37,726 bases of DNA from an uncultured Flavobacterium sp. (GCA_945957245.1 CAMFLD010000001.1:1-37726); one strand, 5' to 3'; shown: positions 26,432-37,192, counted from the stretch's first letter. Notes: generated from the letters alone by a model not told the origin. Made by a program: numbers and translations.

Positions 26432-28714
26432 ATGAAAAAGTGCTTTTTGTGGATTACAGTATTACTATTCCAAATTGGATATGCACAACTATATCCCAAT
26501 TGGAAAGGGTACTCTTCTTATAACAGCATCAAAGACATCTCAGAATCAAGCACCAAACTTTATGCTGCAGCTGAAAATGCACTTTTTACAGAAGACATAA
26601 ACAGCGGCGAACTTAAAACCTACAATACCGTTGACGGACTTTCAGGTCAAACCATCTCTGCCATGTATCATAGTGAAACCTTTAACCGAACCATTATTGG
26701 TTATCAAAATGGATTAATGGTTGTAATCAATGATACTGATGGAACTACACTCAATGTAGTTGACATCATAAACAAAAATATCCCGTCCAACATCAAGAGA
26801 ATCAATCATTTCATGGAATATAATGGTATACTTTATATTTCTTGCGATTTTGGAATTGTTCAATACAAATTAAATACTTTAGAATTTGGCGACACTTATT
26901 TTATAGGTCCAAGCGGACAGGAAATAAGAGTATTTCAAACCACTGTTTATAACAACGAAATCTATGCTGTAACCCAATATTACGGAATTAGAAAAGCTGC
27001 TGTCAACAATCCTAACTTAATCGATTTTGCTCAATGGCAGGTATTTGATGCCGGTTATTGGCTAGGCATTGTTACTTTTGGCAACCAATTGGTTATTTTA
27101 AATTCAAACAACAATATATACAAAAATAATGGTTCCGGCTTTCAACAGGTTGGAGCTCTTGGTGAAACCGGACTGGATATCCGTTCGGGTCAAAACTACA
27201 TGACTGTTACCGGGGCAGGAAAAACATTGATTTTTAATTCCTCATTAAATCTGGTTACTACAATACTTAATTCTCAGGTTACCTCTATTCCGGTTACCTT
27301 TAACTGTGCTTCAGTTATTGGCTCAACTATTTTTATAGGTACCAATGAAAATGGAATCCTGTCATCGACAATAAGTTCTCCAACCAGCTTCCAGTTCATA
27401 ATGCCAAGCGGCCCTATGATGAATAATATGTTTTCAATCAATAATTCCTCTTCGAACCTCTGGGCCGTATATGGTGGTTATGATGTTACGTACAATCCAT
27501 ATACATATATTGGCTTTAATCTAAACGAATTTGGTGTAAGCAAGTACAACGAAACCAACGGCTGGCTTAACATCCCTTACAGTGCCGTGCTTGGAGCAAA
27601 AGCCATTGTACGTATTGCTGTAAATCCTAATGATGAAAACAAGGTTTACATGGCTTCTTATAACAATGGTTTACTTGAAATACTAAATGATATCCCTACC
27701 ACTCTTTATGATAACTCAGCAAACAGTACTTTTGAAGGTTCCGGTCCAAGAGCAAACAGTACAGCATTTGATAAAAATGGAAATCTATGGCTTACCGAAA
27801 GCAGGGTTAAGCATGGACTTCATGTAAAAAAGGCCGGTGGTGGTTGGCAAAGCTATGATATGGAATCCATCCTAACGGATTATGCCAGTAATGACTTTTG
27901 TAAAATTGCCATCGATAGAAACGGCACAAAATGGATTGCCAGTTACAAGAACGGAGTAATTGCCTTTAATGAAACAGGCAACATCGGCTTCAGGAAATTA
28001 TCAGAAGGCAGTGATTTAGGAAACCTTCCCTCCATTGATGTACGTGCTATTGCTGTGGATAACCGAAGTCAGGTTTGGATAGGAACTAACAGAGGATTAA
28101 GAGTACTTTCGAGCACCGGAGCCTACAACAACACTGATCAGATGAAGGCTAATCCAATTATCATTTCGGAAAATGGTGTAGGACAGGAACTTTTATATGA
28201 GCAATTTATTACAGACATAGCTGTCAACGGTTCCAACCAGAAATGGATTTCTACTGCTGACTCAGGTGTTTTTCTTTTTTCATCGGATGGACAGCAGACT
28301 ATCTATCATTTTACAACAGATAATTCGCCTCTACCGAGCAATGTAGTGAACGATATTGAAATCAATGCTGCTTCCGGAGAAGTTTTTTTTGCAACTGATA
28401 AAGGTTTGGTTTCTTTTAAGGGAACTTCAACAAAACCTGCAGAAAACCTTGATGCTGTTTATGTTTATCCTAATCCCGTAAGGCCCGGTTTTGAGGGAAC
28501 CGTAAAGATAGCCGGACTGATTTCTAAAGCCAATATCAAAATCACCGATATCGAAGGTAATCTTGTTTACGAAACTACTTCAGAAGGTGGTACAATCGAA
28601 TGGGACACTACTGCATTTGGAAAGTATAAAGTAGCTTCAGGAGTTTACATGATATTTGTTGCAGCCGAAGATGCTTCGGAAACTGCTGTGAAGAAAGTAA
28701 TGATTGTCCGATAA
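26432..28714 (+). CDS. porZ: T9SS PorZ-like beta-propeller protein with type-A CTD
   Basis: W..Y.SY N-terminus, GLSGQTIS, FGDTYFIG, propeller blades (D.NG.KWI), NSPLPSN, CTD VYVYPNPV...ASGVY..KKVMIVR; sits before recO. Start at ATG 26432 after -7 box TATATTTG (26406-26413). Confidence 0.88.
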   Translation: MKKCFLWITVLLFQIGYAQLYPNWKGYSSYNSIKDISESSTKLYAAAENALFTEDINSGELKTYNTVDGLSGQTISAMYHSETFNRTIIGYQNGLMVVINDTDGTTLNVVDIINKNIPSNIKRINHFMEYNGILYISCDFGIVQYKLNTLEFGDTYFIGPSGQEIRVFQTTVYNNEIYAVTQYYGIRKAAVNNPNLIDFAQWQVFDAGYWLGIVTFGNQLVILNSNNNIYKNNGSGFQQVGALGETGLDIRSGQNYMTVTGAGKTLIFNSSLNLVTTILNSQVTSIPVTFNCASVIGSTIFIGTNENGILSSTISSPTSFQFIMPSGPMMNNMFSINNSSSNLWAVYGGYDVTYNPYTYIGFNLNEFGVSKYNETNGWLNIPYSAVLGAKAIVRIAVNPNDENKVYMASYNNGLLEILNDIPTTLYDNSANSTFEGSGPRANSTAFDKNGNLWLTESRVKHGLHVKKAGGGWQSYDMESILTDYASNDFCKIAIDRNGTKWIASYKNGVIAFNETGNIGFRKLSEGSDLGNLPSIDVRAIAVDNRSQVWIGTNRGLRVLSSTGAYNNTDQMKANPIIISENGVGQELLYEQFITDIAVNGSNQKWISTADSGVFLFSSDGQQTIYHFTTDNSPLPSNVVNDIEINAASGEVFFATDKGLVSFKGTSTKPAENLDAVYVYPNPVRPGFEGTVKIAGLISKANIKITDIEGNLVYETTSEGGTIEWDTTAFGKYKVASGVYMIFVAAEDASETAVKKVMIVR

Positions 28715-28744
28715 TTGTGAATTTCATTTATATTCACTTTTCAA

Positions 28745-29458
28745 ATGTTAGTCAAAACCAAAGCCATAGTCATTTCATCATTAAAATATCACGAAAAAAG
28801 CCTGATAGTGAAATGCCTGACGCAATCTGACGGACTCAAAAGCTATTTTGTCCCCAATGCTTTTTCGGCCAGGAAATCAAATCAAAAAATTGCCTATTTT
28901 CAGCCGCTTTCCATTCTTGAAATAGAGGCAAATCACAAAAACAAAGGCACTTTAGAACATTTTAAGGAAATCCGCTTGGCTCATGCCTATCAAACCGTTT
29001 CCAGTAACATTGCTAAGAGCAGCATTGCGATATTCCTGTCGGAAATCATCCATCATTGTCTTCATGAAGAAGAAAAAAATGAAGCTCTTTTTGAGTTTTT
29101 GGAATCTGCCTTATTATGGTTTGATGCGCATGATGAAATGTCCAATTTCCATTTAATTTTAATGCTTGAAATGACAAAATTTCTTGGCTTTTATCCTGAC
29201 ACTTCTGAAATCAGCCTTGGTTTCTTTGATAGTAAAGAAGGTGTTTTTTCAACCTTTCAGGGCACTAATTGCTTTAGCGAACATGAAACATTTCTCTTCA
29301 AAAAATTAATCGCTTTAAAATTTGATTCCGACCAAAAGGTTTTTTCAGGAAGCGAAAGACAAATGCTTCTTAAAATACTGCTTCAATACTACGCTGCTCA
29401 TTTGGATGGATTTAAAAAACCAAAATCTTTGGAGGTATTAAGGGAGATTTTTGCCTAA
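28745..29458 (+). CDS. recO: DNA repair protein RecO
   Basis: KTKAIVI..LKY.EKSLIV, FQPLSILE, LGFYP, KSLEVLREIF pattern of Bacteroidota RecO. Confidence 0.93.
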   Translation: MLVKTKAIVISSLKYHEKSLIVKCLTQSDGLKSYFVPNAFSARKSNQKIAYFQPLSILEIEANHKNKGTLEHFKEIRLAHAYQTVSSNIAKSSIAIFLSEIIHHCLHEEEKNEALFEFLESALLWFDAHDEMSNFHLILMLEMTKFLGFYPDTSEISLGFFDSKEGVFSTFQGTNCFSEHETFLFKKLIALKFDSDQKVFSGSERQMLLKILLQYYAAHLDGFKKPKSLEVLREIFA

Positions 29459-29540
29459 GCTATTTTTTTTAAAAGGATTTTTATTGTTAATTAGCACCTT
29501 TAGCCAAAACAGTCTCAACCCTATTTTTAAGTGTTCACTT

Positions 29541-31415
29541 ATGAATAAATTAATTATTGTTGCTCTTCTCTGTATCGGTTTTAGTGGAAAGAGTCAAAGC
29601 ACTAAACAGAAACCCTACGTCATATACAAGGAAGATTACTATACTATTGATGTAAAAAGCAACAAACTTTCGGTCGTGTTATTTTCCCAGGAGCGAAAAT
29701 TTGTCGGCGACAAAGACAATCCGTTTGTGAACCAAAATACTATAAATTATACCGCTTCCTTTGAAGAGGTAAGTGATATTGATGCGTTTACCATTTCATC
29801 AAAAAAAGATAGGGAGAAAGTACATTCTATCCGTACTGATGACCGTGAAATCGATGGCGTTTTTTACCATGATATGAAATCAAAAATTTATGGATTTCCA
29901 AATTTAAAGGATGATTCCGAAACGTACACTTCATTTAAAAAGACCTTCAAAGTTCCACAATTACTAGACACTTATTATTTCAAGGATAACATTGATTGTA
30001 AGGATTCAAAAGTAACACTCAAGGTTTCTAACAAAGTGAACGTTGGTTACCTGCTTCATGGTGATGACACTGATTTAATACAATTTACCACCAAAAAAGA
30101 AGGCGACTATACCCTATATACCTGGCAATTGCTCAACAGTACTAAGGTTGATTACTTTGAAGATGCCCCTAATCCTTCATATTTTCTGCCTCACCTGATT
30201 TTTTATATCAAAAATTACACTAATGATTCAGGGCAACAGGAAGTATTGGGTTCAGTAGATAATTTGTATAAATATTATTATCAGACTTTAAAAGACATCA
30301 ACAAAACAGATCAGTCAGCTCTTAAAATGCAAACTGATAACCTAACAAAAGGGCTTACCACCGATTCCGAAAAAGCCAAAGCCATTTTTGATTACGTACA
30401 GACCAAAGTACATTATGTAGCTTTTGAAGACGGAATGGGCGGTTTTATTCCCAGAGATGCTGCAGAAGTTTTCCAGAAAAAATATGGCGACTGCAAAGAC
30501 ATGGCCAACATTTTGAATGAAATGCTTCATTATGCCGGCATAGAATCCCATACTGCCTGGATTGGAACACGTCATAATAATTACTCTTATAAAGATGTAC
30601 CAACGCCTATTGTGGACAACCACATGATTGCTGTGGCCAAAATTGAGGGTAAAAACATTTTCCTTGATGCCACAGGCCAGTTTGTTATTTTCCCGGGCTT
30701 TACACCATTTATTCAGGGAAAAGAAGCTTTGCTTAAAATAGATGAAAATAACTATACCATTTTACAGGTACCTGTAATTGCTGCCGAAGAAAATAGTACT
30801 CATGCCAAGATTCAGTATCATTTTGATGGCAATAAGATTGTTGGGAATTCCTTTTTTGAACTTAAAGGATTTTCAAAAATGCGGTTTGTAGGTTCTTATA
30901 AGTATGCTCTGGAAAAAGAAAAAAGAGTAAAAGAATACCTGTCCCGTTTCATCGAAAGTATCAACACTTCAGGTATCGAAGTCAAAAATGATGATTCAAG
31001 TCAGAATCCTTTGGAACTAAAAAACAGTTTTGATCTTGAAAAATGGTCGAAAACTGTTGATAACCAAATCATCTTCAAACCCATTTTGCTTTTTCCTTAT
31101 TCCAATCAACGTATTGATACTGAAAAACGTAAAATTCCGGTGGAATTCGAATTTAAACAATCTTATGATTTTGAATATGAAATCACGATTCCTGATGGAT
31201 ATAAACTCGAGTTCAAACCGGAGAATTATGAATTCAGCAATGACCTGCTTTTTGCTAAGATTACTTATACACAGAACAACAACAAACTGCTGATAAATCA
31301 AAAGATAAAAATGAACACTCTTTTAATCGAAAGAAGCCAATTTACAGATTGGAACACCGCTGTAAAAAATATTACCAAACAATACAATCAGAACATTATA
31401 CTGTCTAAATCATGA
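29541..31415 (+). CDS. DUF3857 + transglutaminase-like domain secreted protein (catalytic triad present)
   Basis: Signal peptide from ATG 29541; IFDYVQ..VHYVAFEDG.GG.IP, YGDCKDMA (Cys), NHMI (His), FLDAT (Asp). Confidence 0.9.
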   Translation: MNKLIIVALLCIGFSGKSQSTKQKPYVIYKEDYYTIDVKSNKLSVVLFSQERKFVGDKDNPFVNQNTINYTASFEEVSDIDAFTISSKKDREKVHSIRTDDREIDGVFYHDMKSKIYGFPNLKDDSETYTSFKKTFKVPQLLDTYYFKDNIDCKDSKVTLKVSNKVNVGYLLHGDDTDLIQFTTKKEGDYTLYTWQLLNSTKVDYFEDAPNPSYFLPHLIFYIKNYTNDSGQQEVLGSVDNLYKYYYQTLKDINKTDQSALKMQTDNLTKGLTTDSEKAKAIFDYVQTKVHYVAFEDGMGGFIPRDAAEVFQKKYGDCKDMANILNEMLHYAGIESHTAWIGTRHNNYSYKDVPTPIVDNHMIAVAKIEGKNIFLDATGQFVIFPGFTPFIQGKEALLKIDENNYTILQVPVIAAEENSTHAKIQYHFDGNKIVGNSFFELKGFSKMRFVGSYKYALEKEKRVKEYLSRFIESINTSGIEVKNDDSSQNPLELKNSFDLEKWSKTVDNQIIFKPILLFPYSNQRIDTEKRKIPVEFEFKQSYDFEYEITIPDGYKLEFKPENYEFSNDLLFAKITYTQNNNKLLINQKIKMNTLLIERSQFTDWNTAVKNITKQYNQNIILSKS

Positions 31416-33313
31416 TAAAGAAAAGCACTCTTTTTTTACTTTTATTCCTATGTCAATTTGCTTTTTCGCAAGTTGAAGAAGTCAAAAACTACGAATGGGA
31501 TGCCGTACCTAAATTTGCCGAAATACCTAACGAATTTCTTAGCTACCCTGCCGTGGTTTTAAAAGATGACCGGTTTTACGATAATCGTGTAGGTTATTAT
31601 GCTTATAAAGGTTTTGTGGTGAAACACTGCGCCATCAAACTGCTTACAGATGAAGGTGTAAATAATTTCAACAAGGTTAATATCAATAAGAAATATGTTC
31701 GTGATTACCGTGATATAAGAGCCCGGGTAATTAAGCCTAATGGCAAAATCAATGAACTTCCGCAAGATAAAATCATTGAAAAAGATAATTCTGATGAACG
31801 GCAGTTTGTTTTTGAAGGAGTTGAAAAAGGCGATATTATTGAATACTATTATGTAATCAAAGATTATCCAGATTTTTCAGGGGTGGAGTATTTTCAACGC
31901 ACCATTCCGGTTGTAGAATGTAAGTTCCAAATCAATGTAATCCCACAAACTATTACCTATGCCTATGGATATAATGGTATGATGGAAGCATCGACAAACC
32001 GTCAAAAAATATTTAAGGCAACAAATCTGCCGGCATATAAATTTGAGCTTAATGCAACCAATTACGCTAATCTGGCTAAGGTTTATTATTTCACACGCAC
32101 ATTCAGTTATGATTTTGAGAACTTCTATCGCGATCTGGTTTCTTATGCAGATGGTACGAATGCTAAATCTATGGTAAAAGGATTAATCAACGACCTTAAA
32201 TTAGATGATACTTCAATACCCTTAGATGAAAGACTCAAAAAGATGGATATTTATCTGAAAACCAACGTCGAACTAGATAATCAAACCAATTATAAAAAGG
32301 TTTTTGAAGACAAAAAAATTACGCCTAAAATGGTTTTAAACCTCTACAAGGATGTACTTGATTATCTTCAGGTCAAATACAAATTAATCGCTTCTACAGA
32401 CAAGTTTGAAGATCATTTAGATCAAAAACATGTAGTTCCGGGTTCACTTTCAGAAATTATGATTTTTATTCCGGAAACCAAAAAGCTATTATCGCCTTTT
32501 TACTACTGGATGCCTTACGGTCCGGCAAGCAATAATTGTGTAAATAACGAAGCTGTGATGTTTTATACTGAAGGAAAATATACTGCAACAACTAATGTTT
32601 ATTATGATTTTATTATTGTAGACAGCCCTTCTGTAGATGATAACCTTGTACGAACCACAAGTGATATTACCATTGACGATGATATGGAAACCGTTACCGT
32701 AAATAAAAAAATGGAAACAACAGGCTATCGTTCCTTCTATTCAAGATATTACATAAAACATGTCCCTGAAGACAAAGTGAAAAAGTATGTCCAAAACAAT
32801 GTTTTTGAGGACGTTGATGTTGAAATTAAAGACTATAAAATATCCAACAAGGAATACGAAAACAATTATGATAATGCTAAGCCATTTACCTTTGACACCA
32901 AAGTTCAGGTAAAAGAAGCGTGGCTGGAAAATGCCGGAAAAAATTATCTGTTTTCTATTGGAAAAGTTCTTGGAAAACAAACCGACCTGTATCAGGAAAA
33001 AGAAAGAAAATATCCAGTCGATTTATACTATCCGAAAAAATATATTCATTTCATAAATCTGACCATTCCAAAAGGTTATACAGTTAAAAGCACTGACAAT
33101 TTAGTATTCAGCAGGCAGATGAAAGATGATAAAAATGAGGAAGTTATCGGCAGTTTTATATCCTCTGCGAAAGTTGAAGGCAACATACTGAAAATATCCA
33201 TTGAAGAGTTCTATAATTTCACGCATCTTGAGGTAAACCGATATAATGAATACCGTGATTTAATCAATACTGCCTTTGATTTTTACAAATCATCATTGAT
33301 TTTGTCAAAATAG
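31412..33313 (+). CDS. DUF3857 domain secreted protein (transglutaminase-like fold, triad apparently absent)
   Basis: Signal peptide; YPAVVL, RARVIKPNG, GVEKGDIIEYYY, R..PVDL.YP...I.IPKGY motifs; ATGA overlap with the upstream paralogue. Confidence 0.85.
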   Translation: MIKKSTLFLLLFLCQFAFSQVEEVKNYEWDAVPKFAEIPNEFLSYPAVVLKDDRFYDNRVGYYAYKGFVVKHCAIKLLTDEGVNNFNKVNINKKYVRDYRDIRARVIKPNGKINELPQDKIIEKDNSDERQFVFEGVEKGDIIEYYYVIKDYPDFSGVEYFQRTIPVVECKFQINVIPQTITYAYGYNGMMEASTNRQKIFKATNLPAYKFELNATNYANLAKVYYFTRTFSYDFENFYRDLVSYADGTNAKSMVKGLINDLKLDDTSIPLDERLKKMDIYLKTNVELDNQTNYKKVFEDKKITPKMVLNLYKDVLDYLQVKYKLIASTDKFEDHLDQKHVVPGSLSEIMIFIPETKKLLSPFYYWMPYGPASNNCVNNEAVMFYTEGKYTATTNVYYDFIIVDSPSVDDNLVRTTSDITIDDDMETVTVNKKMETTGYRSFYSRYYIKHVPEDKVKKYVQNNVFEDVDVEIKDYKISNKEYENNYDNAKPFTFDTKVQVKEAWLENAGKNYLFSIGKVLGKQTDLYQEKERKYPVDLYYPKKYIHFINLTIPKGYTVKSTDNLVFSRQMKDDKNEEVIGSFISSAKVEGNILKISIEEFYNFTHLEVNRYNEYRDLINTAFDFYKSSLILSK

Positions 33314-33403
33314 ACTCTTAACGCCTGTAACTTTTGCCTTCCTTCTTTTGCCTTTTTACTTATAATCACTACTTTCGCAGACTGATTTAAGAAAACGACA
33401 AAA

Positions 33404-36400
33404 ATGAGTACTAAGTTTACTGAATACAAAGGACTTGACCTGCCTACCGTAGCATCGGAAGTTCTTGCATTTTGGAAAGAAAATAATGTTTTTGAACAAA
33501 GCGTTACTTCACGTGAAGGCGCCACTCCGTATGTGTTTTTTGAAGGGCCACCGTCTGCAAACGGTCTGCCCGGAATTCACCATGTAATGGCACGTGCCAT
33601 CAAGGACATTTTTTGTCGCTACAAAACCCAGAAAGGTTTTCAGGTAAAGAGAAAAGCCGGATGGGACACTCACGGTCTACCTGTTGAATTAGGTACCGAA
33701 AAAGAATTAGGCATCACCAAAGAAGATATCGGGAAAACCATTTCGGTAGAAGAATATAATGAAGCGTGTAAAAGAACCGTTATGCGCTACACGGATGTTT
33801 GGAATGACCTAACCGAAAAAATGGGGTATTGGGTTGATATGGAAGACCCTTATGTAACCTACAAATCCAAATATATGGAATCGGTTTGGTGGTTACTAAA
33901 ACAGATTTACGATAAAGATTTATTATACAAAGGCTACACCATACAGCCTTATTCGCCAAAAGCCGGAACAGGATTATCTTCACATGAGGTAAACCAACCC
34001 GGTTCCTACCGTGATGTTACAGATACAACTGTTGTAGCCCAATTCAAAACTAAACTAGAAACTTTACCGAACTTCCTTCAGGGATTCGGAACAGTTCATA
34101 TACTGGCATGGACGACTACACCATGGACACTGCCGAGTAACACTGCACTTACGGTTGGACCGAAAATAGATTATGTGCTGGTTAAAACTTTCAACCAATA
34201 TACTTTTGAGCCAATCAATGTCGTTTTGGCTAAAAACTTAGTTGGGAAACAATTCGGTAAAGGCTTTTTTACCAGTGAAAATGAGGATGATTTTGCCAAT
34301 TTCAAATCCGGAGACAAAAACATTCCATTCAAAATATTGACCGAATTCAAAGGAAAAGACTTGGTTGGAATCCGTTATGAGCAGTTGATGCCATTGGTAT
34401 TACCTTACCAAACTCCGGAAAATGCTTTTCGTGTAATCTCTGGAGATTTTGTTACCACAGAAGACGGAACCGGAGTAGTTCATACTGCTCCGACATTTGG
34501 TGCTGATGATGCTAAAGTTGCCAAAGAAGCAACTCCCGAAGTTCCGCCAATGCTTGTTTTGGATACCAATGGAAATCCTGTGCCTCTGGTTGATTTACAG
34601 GGTAAATTCATTCAGGGACTCGGGGATTTATCGGGCAAATATGTGAAAAACGAATACTACGATGCCGGAACGGCACCGGAAAAATCAGTAGATGTTGAAA
34701 TTGCCATCCGCCTAAAAGAAGAAAACAAAGCTTTCAAGGTTGAGAAATATGTCCACAGTTACCCGCACAGCTGGAGAACTGATGAGCCTTTGTTATATTA
34801 CCCACTGGATTCCTGGTTCATCAAAGTAACCGAGGTAAAAGACCGGATGTTTGACCTCAACGAGACCATCAACTGGAAACCAAAAGCAACCGGAGAAGGT
34901 CGTTTTGGAAACTGGCTTAAAAATGCCAACGACTGGAACCTGTCCCGTTCAAGATATTGGGGAATTCCATTACCAATCTGGAGAACTGAAGACAAGCAGG
35001 AAGAAATCTGCATTGGTTCTGTTGAAGAACTTTACAATGAGATAGAAAAAGCCATTGCAGCCGGAGTACAGACTGCTAATCCGTTCAAAGGTTTTGAAAT
35101 AGGCAATATGAATGAGTCCAATTACGAATTGGTTGATTTGCATAAAAATGTTGTCGATAACCTGACTCTGATTTCCCCGTCTGGCAAACCAATGAAGCGG
35201 GAGGCCGATTTGATTGATGTTTGGTTTGATAGTGGCGCCATGCCTTATGCACAATGGCATTACCCTTTTGAAAACAAAGACAAAATTGACCAAAACAAAG
35301 ACTTCCCTGCCGATTTTATCGCAGAAGGAGTTGACCAGACCCGTGGCTGGTTTTACACTTTGCATGCTATTGGAACTTTGGTATTTGATAAAATTGCCTA
35401 TAAAAATGTTGTCTCAAATGGTCTTGTTTTGGATAAAAACGGACAAAAAATGTCCAAACGTTTAGGAAATGCTGTCGACCCATTCGAAACATTAGCCGAA
35501 TACGGTCCTGATGCTACTCGTTGGTACATGATTTCCAATGCCAATCCATGGGATAACCTGAAATTTGACAGTGAGGGAGTTGCCGAAGTACGCCGTAAGT
35601 TTTTCGGAACATTATACAACACCTACTCTTTCTTTGCGCTATATGCCAATATTGATGGTTTCAAATATGCTGAAGCTGAAATCCCGTTAAATGAGAGACC
35701 GGAAATAGACCGTTGGATCTTATCAGAACTGCATACATTAATCAAAACAGTTGATGAAGCTTATGCCGACTACGAACCAACGAAAGCGGCAAGAGCCATT
35801 TCCGACTTCGTTCAGGAAAATCTCAGCAACTGGTATGTTCGTTTGTGCAGAAGAAGATTCTGGAAAGGGGAATATGAAAAAGATAAAATTGCAGCGTACC
35901 AAACCTTGTTTACCTGCCTTCTAAATGTAGCTAAACTCTCCGCACCGATTGCTCCGTTCTTTATGGAACAGCTATACCGAAATTTAGTTAACACTACTAA
36001 ACATGAGGAATTTACAAGTGTTCACCTGGCAAAATTCCCTGTTTCGGTTGAAAACTTTGTTGATAAATCGCTGGAAAGTAAAATGATGAAAGCCCAAACT
36101 GTTTCATCACTGGTTTTGTCACTTCGTAAAAAGGAAATGATTAAAGTACGCCAGCCTTTGCAAAAGGTTATTATACCTGCATTTGATGACCATTTTAAAG
36201 CAGAAATCAATGCGGTTTCCGACCTAATAAAAGCCGAGGTAAACGTAAAAGAAATTGAACTTTTAGACGATGCATCAGGGGTTTTAGTGAAGCAGATTAA
36301 GCCTAATTTCAAAGCCTTAGGCCCTCGTTTTGGCAAAGACATGGGGCTGATAGCCAAAGAGATACAAAATTTTTCTCCAGAACAGATAACTGAAATCGAA

Positions 36401-36805
36401 CGCAACGGTGAGTTAACGCTTGTTATTTCAGGAAATAGTATAACTTTAACATCCGATGATGTGGAAATTTCTTCACAGGATATTCCGGGTTGGTTGGTTG
36501 CTAATGCAAATGGCATAACTGTTGCACTAGACATTACCTTAACTGAAGAATTGAAAAATGAAGGAATTGCAAGAGAGTTGGTAAACCGGATTCAAAACAT
36601 CCGAAAAGACAGTGGATTCGAAGTTACAGACAAGATAAAAGTTAGGCTACTGCAGGATGCCGAATTAGAAAAAGCCGTAAATGCAAACATAACTTACATC
36701 AAATCTGAAACCTTAACTGAAACACTTGATTTTACAGCTGATTTGAGTGAAGGAACAGAAATTGAATTTGACAATATAAAAACCAAAATATTAATCTCAA
36801 AATAG
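33404..36805 (+). CDS. ileS: Isoleucine--tRNA ligase, type 2 (IleRS2) with GIHH signature
   Basis: FEGPPSANGLPGIHH, GWDTHGLPVE, WTTTPWTLPSN, DWNLSRSRYWGIPLP, EGVDQTRGWF, KMSKR motifs; long IleRS2-type C-terminus (EGIARELVNRIQ..RK). Confidence 0.98.
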   Translation: MSTKFTEYKGLDLPTVASEVLAFWKENNVFEQSVTSREGATPYVFFEGPPSANGLPGIHHVMARAIKDIFCRYKTQKGFQVKRKAGWDTHGLPVELGTEKELGITKEDIGKTISVEEYNEACKRTVMRYTDVWNDLTEKMGYWVDMEDPYVTYKSKYMESVWWLLKQIYDKDLLYKGYTIQPYSPKAGTGLSSHEVNQPGSYRDVTDTTVVAQFKTKLETLPNFLQGFGTVHILAWTTTPWTLPSNTALTVGPKIDYVLVKTFNQYTFEPINVVLAKNLVGKQFGKGFFTSENEDDFANFKSGDKNIPFKILTEFKGKDLVGIRYEQLMPLVLPYQTPENAFRVISGDFVTTEDGTGVVHTAPTFGADDAKVAKEATPEVPPMLVLDTNGNPVPLVDLQGKFIQGLGDLSGKYVKNEYYDAGTAPEKSVDVEIAIRLKEENKAFKVEKYVHSYPHSWRTDEPLLYYPLDSWFIKVTEVKDRMFDLNETINWKPKATGEGRFGNWLKNANDWNLSRSRYWGIPLPIWRTEDKQEEICIGSVEELYNEIEKAIAAGVQTANPFKGFEIGNMNESNYELVDLHKNVVDNLTLISPSGKPMKREADLIDVWFDSGAMPYAQWHYPFENKDKIDQNKDFPADFIAEGVDQTRGWFYTLHAIGTLVFDKIAYKNVVSNGLVLDKNGQKMSKRLGNAVDPFETLAEYGPDATRWYMISNANPWDNLKFDSEGVAEVRRKFFGTLYNTYSFFALYANIDGFKYAEAEIPLNERPEIDRWILSELHTLIKTVDEAYADYEPTKAARAISDFVQENLSNWYVRLCRRRFWKGEYEKDKIAAYQTLFTCLLNVAKLSAPIAPFFMEQLYRNLVNTTKHEEFTSVHLAKFPVSVENFVDKSLESKMMKAQTVSSLVLSLRKKEMIKVRQPLQKVIIPAFDDHFKAEINAVSDLIKAEVNVKEIELLDDASGVLVKQIKPNFKALGPRFGKDMGLIAKEIQNFSPEQITEIERNGELTLVISGNSITLTSDDVEISSQDIPGWLVANANGITVALDITLTEELKNEGIARELVNRIQNIRKDSGFEVTDKIKVRLLQDAELEKAVNANITYIKSETLTETLDFTADLSEGTEIEFDNIKTKILISK

Positions 36806-36811
36806 ACAAAG

Positions 36812-37192
36812 ATGGTAGAAGAAAAAATGAGATACTCAGATGCTGATTTGGCAGAGTTCAAAGAAATAATACTGGTAAAAATTGAAAAGGCTAAAGCCGA
36901 CCTGGAATTAATAAAAAGCGCTTACATGAATGACCTGAACAACGGGACTGACGACACTTCTCCTACTTTTAAGGCATTTGAAGAAGGAAGCGAAACTATG
37001 TCTAAAGAAGCTAACTCGCAGTTGGCTATCCGTCAGGAAAAGTTTATCCGTGATTTGAAAAACGCTTTATTCCGTGTGGAAAATAAGACGTATGGCGTAT
37101 GTAAAGTTACCGGAAAACTTATCAGCAAGGAAAGGTTAAAAATCGTTCCTCATGCTACTATGAGCATTGAAGCTAAAAACCTGCAGCGATAA
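36812..37192 (+). CDS. TraR/DksA family transcriptional regulator
   Basis: Coiled coil followed by ALFRVENKTYGVCKVTGKLISKERL..VPHATMSIEAK. Confidence 0.9.
   Translation: MVEEKMRYSDADLAEFKEIILVKIEKAKADLELIKSAYMNDLNNGTDDTSPTFKAFEEGSETMSKEANSQLAIRQEKFIRDLKNALFRVENKTYGVCKVTGKLISKERLKIVPHATMSIEAKNLQR

Noticed and set aside
229-29540. Extended starts in the ORF track (229, 5874, 7632, 22529, 24589, 26369, 29451)
   Set aside because: Several are the TTG of a TAnnTTTG promoter box, or they overlap upstream features. Downstream ATGs give proper leaders and signal peptides.
33314-33403. T-box or attenuator before ileS; CTTTTGCCTT direct repeat
   Set aside because: The region is only 90 nt with no T-box consensus. 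The repeat is short, low-complexity and overlaps the likely -33 region.
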